In this document: one piece after another, positions 35,532 to 41,572 of the stretch
How positions within the stretch are numbered: position 1 is the first letter of the stretch
Layout of the letters: every line of letters starts with the position of its first letter
Source: an uncultured Candidatus Saccharibacteria bacterium
GTDB taxonomy: Bacteria; Patescibacteriota; Minisyncoccia; Minisyncoccales; JAGGXC01
Direction: 5' to 3'
DNA: 47,753 nucleotides
Assembly (NCBI GenBank): GCA_964470765.1
Contig: CAYYDV010000002.1
Span: forward strand, 1 to 47,753
Position numbers and translations under genes: made by a program
The notes under the pieces: generated by a model
The model's input: the letters and a program-made list of their open reading frames with translations, nothing else
What the model was told of the DNA's origin: nothing
The model's database searches: none

Positions 35532-36407
35532 TTATGGTTTAGCTATTGAAATTAAAGTATCTGATTGACCTTTCTGACATAAATATTCTTTATAATAATC
35601 TTCTAGCCACTTATAAGAGCCTTTAGTTTGAAATACAGGCCTCTCTATCTGAGGTTTTCCAAGAATAAACCAATTCATAAAATTGTCTATACTATATCTA
35701 TGGGTATAAAGACTCCTAATTATAGAAAAACCTGCTTTTTGAACAACTTTTTTCAGAGTTGTAGCATTAAAGTAAGATAAATGTGCTCTCTGCCAATAAA
35801 AATCTCTATAATTTTTGGAAACTGTAAGCAATAAATCATCTACATTAGGAACCTCTATAATCAATTTTCCATTTTTGTTAAGGTGTTTTTTTATAATTTT
35901 TAGAAATAGTATGGGGTCATAAAGATGTTCTAAGACATGAAATAATGTAATGCAATCAAATTTAGATAAACCAGCTTCGTTGTGATATAAATTAACATCT
36001 AAAACCTTGGCATCGGTAATTTTAGCTGATATTAGCCGTTTCTCTTTTGAAATCTCAATTCCAGTGACATCATATCTTAGATTTTCCATTTCTTTAAGGA
36101 AAAATCCGTAACCAGAACCTATGTCTAAAACTTTTTTTCCTTTTAGCACTTCTTTTGAAATCAATTCTGTTCGTCTTTTTGTGTCAGCCAAGGATTTTTT
36201 TCTAATTACTTTTAAATCCTGTGGTTCTCCGATATTTTTCGATTGACGATCTTCGTCATAAAACTCCTTATCCTCCTTAATCGAAGGCGTTGGAAACAAC
36301 TGCAAAAGCTGACATTTTTGGCATTTCACAATTTTATGTTTATTGGAATCCCGAACTCTTGGTGAAATTATCTTAAATTTTTTGCCGTTACAAACAATAC
36401 ACTTCAT
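35532..36407 (-). CDS. Class I SAM-dependent methyltransferase with an N-terminal zinc-ribbon
   Basis: 291 aa. MKCIVCNGKKF...KCQKCQLLQ gives two CxxC pairs, with VLDIGSGYGFFL and FHVLEHLYDP downstream. Confidence 0.8.
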   Translation of the reverse strand: MKCIVCNGKKFKIISPRVRDSNKHKIVKCQKCQLLQLFPTPSIKEDKEFYDEDRQSKNIGEPQDLKVIRKKSLADTKRRTELISKEVLKGKKVLDIGSGYGFFLKEMENLRYDVTGIEISKEKRLISAKITDAKVLDVNLYHNEAGLSKFDCITLFHVLEHLYDPILFLKIIKKHLNKNGKLIIEVPNVDDLLLTVSKNYRDFYWQRAHLSYFNATTLKKVVQKAGFSIIRSLYTHRYSIDNFMNWFILGKPQIERPVFQTKGSYKWLEDYYKEYLCQKGQSDTLISIAKP

Positions 36408-36421
36408 AATTTAGTGATGAT

Positions 36422-37816
36422 TTAATCATCTTTTTCCTTATTATAATGTCTTGGCCCTCTAAAAGAGGTTTTCCCCATAAAATATAAATCGTAAAAATCT
36501 TTTATTAATTTATTTGCCGCATCCATATCTTTTGTAGTATACATATAGTGATCTATTATTAAATCTTTATTGACGGCGAAAAGTAATTCATAGTATTTAT
36601 TCAATGGGATATCAGTAAAATTTACTGTAACTAAATCTGAATTTTTGAATTTATTGAAAAAATCTTCGGGACCTGTCAAAAGACCTCTTCGAATTGCCTC
36701 ATAATACAAATCAGAGCCTGGATAGGGAGTAACTGGTTTAATTGTTCGTATCTGATCATAAGTATTATATTTTTTAATTAGTTCTACGTTACCTTTTAAT
36801 GACTCCTCAGTGTCTCCGACATTACCCCATATAAAGTTCAATCCTAAACCTATTCCTACTTTTCTTGTGATTTCCGCTGCTTTGATATTTTGTTCAACCG
36901 TGGTGTTCTTATTCATAAGATTTAAAACATTCTGGTCTGATGACTCCATTCCGAAATTAAGAAATTTACATCCGCATTCTTTTAACAATTCAGCGATTTC
37001 TTCATCAAATAAATTAACCCGAGCTTCGCAGTAAAACTTTATTTTCAAACCAGCTTCCTTCAGGGCATCCCTAAACTCATATACTCTTTTTTTTGAAATA
37101 ATAAATAAATCGTCTTCTATTCCAAAATAATTTACACCATAATCTTTATTTAAAATCTTCATCTCTTCAATAACGTTATTTATGCTTCTAAGTCTAATGC
37201 CTTTTTCCATTCGATAACAAAAACTACATCGATTAACGCAACCCCTGCTCGTAATGATACTGAAAGTAATATCTTCATTCGTTGCGCCCGAAGGTTTAAA
37301 ACATTTTGTATATTTTTCCATCGGAAATAATGACCACTCGGGAAAAGGAATAGAATCTAAATTTATAACCGGCTGACGTCTCTCATTAACAACTATCTCG
37401 CCATTTATTAAGTAAGCGGTACTTTTTACTTTAGATAAATTACCTCTCTCAATTTTACATTGTACCAGTTCGACAATTGTCTTTTCTGCTTCGCCTAAAA
37501 TAATAATGTCGGCTTTTGTTTTTTGTAAAATGTACTCTGGTATTGGAGAAGAACCAGGACCTCCTAAAACTAACCAAGCATTTTTTTTATGCAAATTTAT
37601 TATCTCGCAAAGTGGTTCTATTGTTTCCTTGAACCTTGCTGCTAAAAATCCAACGCCTATTATGTCAAATTCGTTTTCTTCTAAAAACTCTGCTAATTCG
37701 TCATTAGTATAATGAAATACGTCTTGACAATAAACTGTAACATCAGCACCGTTTTTTTTAAGAACGGCTGTCATATATGCAGGGCCCAGTGGAAAATAAT
37801 TGTCTTCCTGATACAA
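36422..37816 (-). CDS. B12-binding-domain radical SAM enzyme (start codon uncertain)
   Basis: It has PLGPAYMTAVLKKNGADV, IIILGEAE and CxxxCxxC in TSRGCVNRCSFCYRMEKG. The track start is the TTG at 37816, but the conserved N-terminal strand (KVLFIIHD) is encoded upstream of it, in frame, with no ATG/GTG/TTG available. Confidence 0.85.
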   Translation of the reverse strand: MYQEDNYFPLGPAYMTAVLKKNGADVTVYCQDVFHYTNDELAEFLEENEFDIIGVGFLAARFKETIEPLCEIINLHKKNAWLVLGGPGSSPIPEYILQKTKADIIILGEAEKTIVELVQCKIERGNLSKVKSTAYLINGEIVVNERRQPVINLDSIPFPEWSLFPMEKYTKCFKPSGATNEDITFSIITSRGCVNRCSFCYRMEKGIRLRSINNVIEEMKILNKDYGVNYFGIEDDLFIISKKRVYEFRDALKEAGLKIKFYCEARVNLFDEEIAELLKECGCKFLNFGMESSDQNVLNLMNKNTTVEQNIKAAEITRKVGIGLGLNFIWGNVGDTEESLKGNVELIKKYNTYDQIRTIKPVTPYPGSDLYYEAIRRGLLTGPEDFFNKFKNSDLVTVNFTDIPLNKYYELLFAVNKDLIIDHYMYTTKDMDAANKLIKDFYDLYFMGKTSFRGPRHYNKEKDD

Positions 37817-37889
37817 ATCGTGAATGATAAATAAAACTTTGGGTTGTTTTTTCGTTTTAATTGACTCGATTACGATGAAATTTTTATCT

Positions 37890-39362
37890 TTAGAAATAAA
37901 TATATCTAAAACGTTTAATTATAAACTTCAGACCGATGAAAGTAGTAAGATAAATTAAAACTCCAGTAGATGCCGAAAGGAAAATATTAAGATTATAGAT
38001 TTGAGGCTGGGATATTACAAAATACATTATAATGCTTGAAAAACCAACAGTAATTAAACTAAGAAGGTTTTTAAAGTTAAAAGGTCGAATCGGAGTAAAT
38101 TTAGAGGCAAAAAGGAAGAATAAAAATAAGATTAATAAATAAGTAATTACCGTGGCCACTGCTGCTCCATACAAACTAAATTTAGGAATCAAGATTAGGT
38201 TTAAAATAATATTAATCACTGCTCCTGAAATTGTAATCCAGAAAAACTTTTTTTGCTGATTTGAAGCAATTAAAACTTGGCTAAAAGGACTGGAAAGAAA
38301 GGCAAGCACGACCATTAATATTAAAATCTGAAAGGCTAAAATAGAAGGAGTAAAATCTGCTCCATAAACAAAATTTATAATTTGAGGAGCAAGAACAATT
38401 CCTCCTATCATTAAAGGTAAAGCCAATATAATCATTAATTCCATCTGATAATTCCAAACTCTCTGGAGTTCTTTTTTTGATTCTTTAAAAAGCTTACTTA
38501 GAACGGGATAAAAATTCATAACAATAATACCCATTGGAATTGTAGTAGAGATAACAAGCCTATAAGCGGCATTGTACCATCCCGTTTCCGTAATCTGACC
38601 TAAGTATCCCATCATTACCGAATCAATATAAACGTAAAATGCTCCAAACAAGCTGGCTAAGGCTAAGGGCCAAGACATTCTTAAGAACTTCTTCCAAACT
38701 TCTATTCTCCAGGAAATTCTTAGAGGAAAAACTTTAAAGCAAAAGAGGGTTAGAATAAAAGCTAGACTAATCAATACTGAAAGTAAATACCCGTAGCTTA
38801 GATTTATAACCGTGGGAAAATTAAAAATTATAAAAAAACCAACTCCGGCTACTATCAAACCTTCTAAAACTGTTCCCCAAGATTGATATTCCATTCTTTG
38901 ACGAGCCCTAAAGAAAGCATAAATACTTTCAGAAAAATTACCAATCAAGCTAAAGCCTGCTAAAATCCATATTATTTTTCGGATATTAGGATCAGAAGTA
39001 ATAAAGAAAGAGCCAATTGAAATCAGAATTAATGTTCCTAAACTTAAAACAATTTTTAGGGAAAGGATAGAAAAAAATTCTTTTTCTTTTTCTTTTTCTC
39101 TGGAAAATTCTCTGGTAATAATGCTAGATAGACCTAAATCAGAAAAAACAACAAATAAAGAAATGAAGGCTAAAGCAAAAGTAAACTTTCCGTACTCGGT
39201 TGCTCCTAAAATCCGGGCAACATAAATTATCAGAACTAACTTTGAAACCTTACTTACTCCTATCCCCAATGTAATCCACAAGGTATTTTTAAAGATCGTT
39301 TGTTTAACTGTCTTATTATCAAATAAGATTGCTTTAATATCAGTAAAATTTCTAATCTTCAT
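37890..39362 (-). CDS. Wzx-type polysaccharide/oligosaccharide flippase (MOP superfamily)
   Basis: 490 aa with about 14 TM. The N-terminus TLWITLGIGVSKVSKLVLIIYVARILGATEYGKFTFALAF is typical of the Polysacc_synt family. Confidence 0.8.
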   Translation of the reverse strand: MKIRNFTDIKAILFDNKTVKQTIFKNTLWITLGIGVSKVSKLVLIIYVARILGATEYGKFTFALAFISLFVVFSDLGLSSIITREFSREKEKEKEFFSILSLKIVLSLGTLILISIGSFFITSDPNIRKIIWILAGFSLIGNFSESIYAFFRARQRMEYQSWGTVLEGLIVAGVGFFIIFNFPTVINLSYGYLLSVLISLAFILTLFCFKVFPLRISWRIEVWKKFLRMSWPLALASLFGAFYVYIDSVMMGYLGQITETGWYNAAYRLVISTTIPMGIIVMNFYPVLSKLFKESKKELQRVWNYQMELMIILALPLMIGGIVLAPQIINFVYGADFTPSILAFQILILMVVLAFLSSPFSQVLIASNQQKKFFWITISGAVINIILNLILIPKFSLYGAAVATVITYLLILFLFFLFASKFTPIRPFNFKNLLSLITVGFSSIIMYFVISQPQIYNLNIFLSASTGVLIYLTTFIGLKFIIKRFRYIYF

Positions 39363-39363
39363 C

Positions 39364-40122
39364 TTAGAATTTTTTCTTAGGTTTGCACTTTAGAACCAAG
39401 TCCAAAAACTTACTTTTATAACATCTCTTCAGAATCTCAGCATTGGGTAGAACACAATGACCACGAATCCCATCTTTGGGTGGATAAAGAACTGGTCGAA
39501 CAACATGAGACATTCCTAGTTTTTTGTATCCTTCATTATAAGTTTTATTAAAATCTGTTACTGCTTCCTCAAAATTAATTCCAGCCTTATTACAAATCTT
39601 TTTCATTTCTCCATGCCAGGCAATACAAACAGCATAATAAGAAGTAGAAAGTAATTTTCCTATTTCCGTAGTAATTGAAGGCTGAAATACCTTTGTTTTG
39701 ATACCTAAACTTTCTAAATGTTTTTTAGCTAATTCTCCGGCTTTTTTATTATCAGTACCAATATATTTCACAAAGGTTTTAATCCCTGGATAAAGATTAG
39801 GATGAACTCCTCTAATTGGACTATGAACAACTAAAGCTTTAGTAGAATCAGCAATTTTCTTTGAAGTTCCCGGGGCAATTGTTGAATGGATAATAGTTAG
39901 CTTTGGTTTTATTGCTCTTATTTCTTTGCTTACTATCTTGGTAAAATCATCACTCCAGGGAAGACAGATATTTAAAATCTCTACTCCCTTTAGGTTATCG
40001 TCTCTTTTTAAATCTTTTATTTTCGCCTGTGGTGAGCCTGCCGAACCATAAAACTTAGCTACGGCTCTCCCCGCTTCCCCATAACCCAGTATTCCTATCT
40101 TGTGGTGAGCTTGCCGAACCAT
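39364..40122 (-). CDS. Short nucleotide-sugar dehydrogenase-like NAD-binding protein (UDP-glucose/GDP-mannose dehydrogenase N-terminal and central regions only)
   Basis: It has KIGILGYGEAGRAV (Rossmann), IHSTIAPGTSKKI, TEIGKLLSTSYYAVCIAWHGEMKKIC, and GIRGHCVLPN, which resembles the GGxCxPKD catalytic Cys motif. No C-terminal nucleotide-sugar-binding domain is present. The ATG at 40122 is preferred over the track start at 40206. Confidence 0.45.
   Translation of the reverse strand: MVRQAHHKIGILGYGEAGRAVAKFYGSAGSPQAKIKDLKRDDNLKGVEILNICLPWSDDFTKIVSKEIRAIKPKLTIIHSTIAPGTSKKIADSTKALVVHSPIRGVHPNLYPGIKTFVKYIGTDNKKAGELAKKHLESLGIKTKVFQPSITTEIGKLLSTSYYAVCIAWHGEMKKICNKAGINFEEAVTDFNKTYNEGYKKLGMSHVVRPVLYPPKDGIRGHCVLPNAEILKRCYKSKFLDLVLKCKPKKKF
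40028..40049. repeat. 22-nt direct repeat, copy 1 (read as YGSAGSPQ)
   Basis: tgtggtgagcctgccgaaccat differs at 1 position from tgtggtgagcttgccgaaccat at 40101-40122. The offset is 73 nt, which is not a multiple of 3. Confidence 0.8.
40101..40122. repeat. 22-nt direct repeat, copy 2 (read as MVRQAHH; contains the likely start codon)
   Basis: See 40028..40049. Its reverse complement begins atggttcggcaagctcaccaca. Confidence 0.8.
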
Positions 40123-40249
40123 TTTTGCTTGCCCCGTATAATTTCTTTTCGGGGCCTGCCTCAAGACTCTAAAGGAGCTTTTCGGAGTTTTATTTTTTGA
40201 AGTCATATTGGTCTAATAATTTTAATTCTTAATTCGAGCGAAGCGAGAA

Positions 40250-40277
40250 TCAAGGTTCTGCCAAAGGCAGGTTCTTA
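40250..40277. repeat. 28-nt hairpin-containing intergenic repeat, copy A
   Basis: tcaaggttctgccaaaggcaggttctta, with stem ctgcc/ggcag, loop aaa, and a flanking direct GGTTCT...GGTTCT. Confidence 0.8.
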
Positions 40278-40294
40278 GAATATGCCGAAGGCAT

Positions 40295-40322
40295 TCAAGG
40301 TTCTGCCAAAGGCAGGTTCTTA
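40295..40322. repeat. 28-nt hairpin-containing intergenic repeat, copy B (identical to A; its last 3 nt are the stop codon of 40320..41018)
   Basis: tcaaggttctgccaaaggcaggttctta, beginning 17 nt after the end of copy A. Confidence 0.8.
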
Positions 40323-41018
40323 TTTCCACTTTTTTAAAGCCTCACTGTAACGTTTAAAAGTGCCACAATCCATCCATTTTCCATTAAATTTAAAACCGCC
40401 TAGTTTTTTTTCTTTAGCTAATTTAGGAAAAAGGTCGGTCTCAACCATACTAAACTTGGGGCCAGGATGATAATCAAAAACTTGGGAAGAGAAAATATAA
40501 AGCCCTGAGTTAATGTAACTCGAGGGTGGATTTTTAGGTTTTTCTAAAAACTCTTGGACAATCCCTTTTTTACAAAGAATTACCCCATAATCTTGGGGAT
40601 TAGGAACTTTTACTAAAGCTATTGTTCCTAGAACTGGTTTCTCTTGGTGAAACTGAGCCATTTTATTTAAATCTATTTTTTTCAGTTCATCTCCGTTACT
40701 AAAAAAGAAATCGCCATCAGAAAGCCAGTCTTTTAAGTTCCATAAACCTCCAAAAGTTCCTAAATGTTTTTTCTCCTCCTGGATTAAAATTTTATGTCTC
40801 GGATAATATCTCTTCTCCCACCATTCAAACTCTTCTTTAAATTCTTTATTGACTAAAACGGCGATATCTTTAATTCCTTTTTCCAAGAAAAGGTCAACCA
40901 AATGATTTATAATTGGTTTTCTCTTTACCGGAAGCAGAGGTTTGGGAATCTCATAAGTAATAGGGTAGAGTCGGGTCCCTTTTCCTCCGGCCAAAATGAC
41001 TGCTTTACGATTCCTCAT
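40320..41018 (-). CDS. Sugar-1-phosphate nucleotidylyltransferase (NTP_transferase family, e.g. mannose-1-P guanylyl- or glucose-1-P nucleotidylyltransferase type)
   Basis: KAVILAGGKGTRLYPITYEIPKPLLPV is the signature. The ATG at 41018 (MRNRKAVILAGG) is preferred over the track TTG at 41072, which lies inside the long inverted repeat. Confidence 0.8.
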   Translation of the reverse strand: MRNRKAVILAGGKGTRLYPITYEIPKPLLPVKRKPIINHLVDLFLEKGIKDIAVLVNKEFKEEFEWWEKRYYPRHKILIQEEKKHLGTFGGLWNLKDWLSDGDFFFSNGDELKKIDLNKMAQFHQEKPVLGTIALVKVPNPQDYGVILCKKGIVQEFLEKPKNPPSSYINSGLYIFSSQVFDYHPGPKFSMVETDLFPKLAKEKKLGGFKFNGKWMDCGTFKRYSEALKKWK

Positions 41019-41025
41019 ACAATTA

Positions 41026-41103
41026 TTTAAACCCCGTAGTGAAAATTTGAATAATAACATTGAATTGAGCAAGGCTCGTTCAAACTTCTACTACGGGGTT
41101 AAA
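41026..41103. repeat. Long imperfect inverted repeat / stem-loop between the HTH gene and the nucleotidyltransferase gene
   Basis: The perfect 11-bp core is aaccccgtagt (41030-41040) with actacggggtt (41090-41100). It extends inward to 41051/41079 with 2 mismatches and 1 G-T pair. The loop is 27 nt. Confidence 0.7.
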
Positions 41104-41137
41104 TTCCAGGAAAAATACGCTGATGAAATTTAAGTAG

Positions 41138-41383
41138 TTACCACTTTTCAATAGTTTTCTTAGTCTTATCTCTCACTTTTTTATAAACCTTGTAAACTTT
41201 TGATTCCACTTCCGGCGAAACCAATCTTAAAATCTCGCTACCCCAAATTCGATGTCTCCCTCCTACTTTATAGGCTTTAATTATTCCTCTCTTAAGCAGT
41301 CTCTTGATAGTACTATTGCTTACCTTTAAAAAATCCTGAGCTTCTTCAGTAGTATAAATTTCATTTGGTTTAATTTCTGACAT
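41138..41383 (-). CDS. Small excisionase-type (MerR-superfamily, HTH_17-like) helix-turn-helix DNA-binding protein
   Basis: 81 aa. IYTTEEAQDFLKVSNSTIKRLLKRGIIKAYKVGGRHRI is the typical excisionase-family HTH pattern, followed by a basic C-terminal tail. Confidence 0.75.
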   Translation of the reverse strand: MSEIKPNEIYTTEEAQDFLKVSNSTIKRLLKRGIIKAYKVGGRHRIWGSEILRLVSPEVESKVYKVYKKVRDKTKKTIEKW

Positions 41384-41424
41384 AATTTTGGACGGAGTGA
41401 AAAATTACAATCTCTTTGTCAGAA

Positions 41425-41452
41425 TCAAGGTTCTGCTGAAAGCAGGTTCTTA
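41425..41452. repeat. 28-nt hairpin-containing intergenic repeat, copy C (compensatory stem variant)
   Basis: tcaaggttctgctgaaagcaggttctta. Relative to A/B, the stem pair C-G becomes T-A (ctgct/agcag) and the loop aaa becomes gaa. The flanks are identical. Confidence 0.8.
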
Positions 41453-41488
41453 TTTCTGGCATATTCTTTAAATTATCTATCTACTTCA

Positions 41489-41517
41489 ATAATAAAGCAC
41501 CCATCAAAGGGTGTCAA
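41489..41517 (-). promoter_or_regulatory. Predicted sigma70-type promoter for the HTH gene and downstream operon
   Basis: The minus strand reads TTGACA (complement of 41512-41517), a 17-nt spacer, then TATTAT (complement of 41489-41494), about 105 nt upstream of the ATG at 41383. Confidence 0.45.
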
Positions 41518-41548
41518 GAGGTGTCAATAGGTATCACTAGGGATAAAC
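41509..41548. repeat. Four phased, degenerate 10-bp tandem repeats overlapping the -35 region
   Basis: The plus strand reads gggtgtcaag / aggtgtcaat / aggtatcact / agggataaac. On the minus strand the unit is nTTGAYACCY. Confidence 0.5.
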
Positions 41549-41572
41549 TGTGGAAAACTTCTGGCTCTTCAC

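Noticed and set aside
40207-40320. GC-rich intergenic patch as a tRNA or small structured RNA gene
   Set aside because: I could not fold a cloverleaf: there is no acceptor/T-arm pairing and no GTTC-type T-loop in context. The region is accounted for by the two hairpin repeats plus short local hairpins (atgcc-ttc-ggcat on the minus strand).
40250-40322. Two identical 28-nt repeats separated by 17 nt, considered as a possible mini CRISPR array
   Set aside because: There are only two tandem copies, and the third is 1.1 kb away. The 17-nt spacer is far too short. No cas genes or leader are present, and one copy overlaps a stop codon. I treat it as a hairpin repeat instead.
41138-41383. Excisionase-type HTH gene as a marker of a prophage, ICE or genomic-island boundary
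   Set aside because: No integrase, recombinase, transposase, phage structural genes, tRNA target or att-like direct repeats are in the window. A small regulator heading the operon is the more economical reading.
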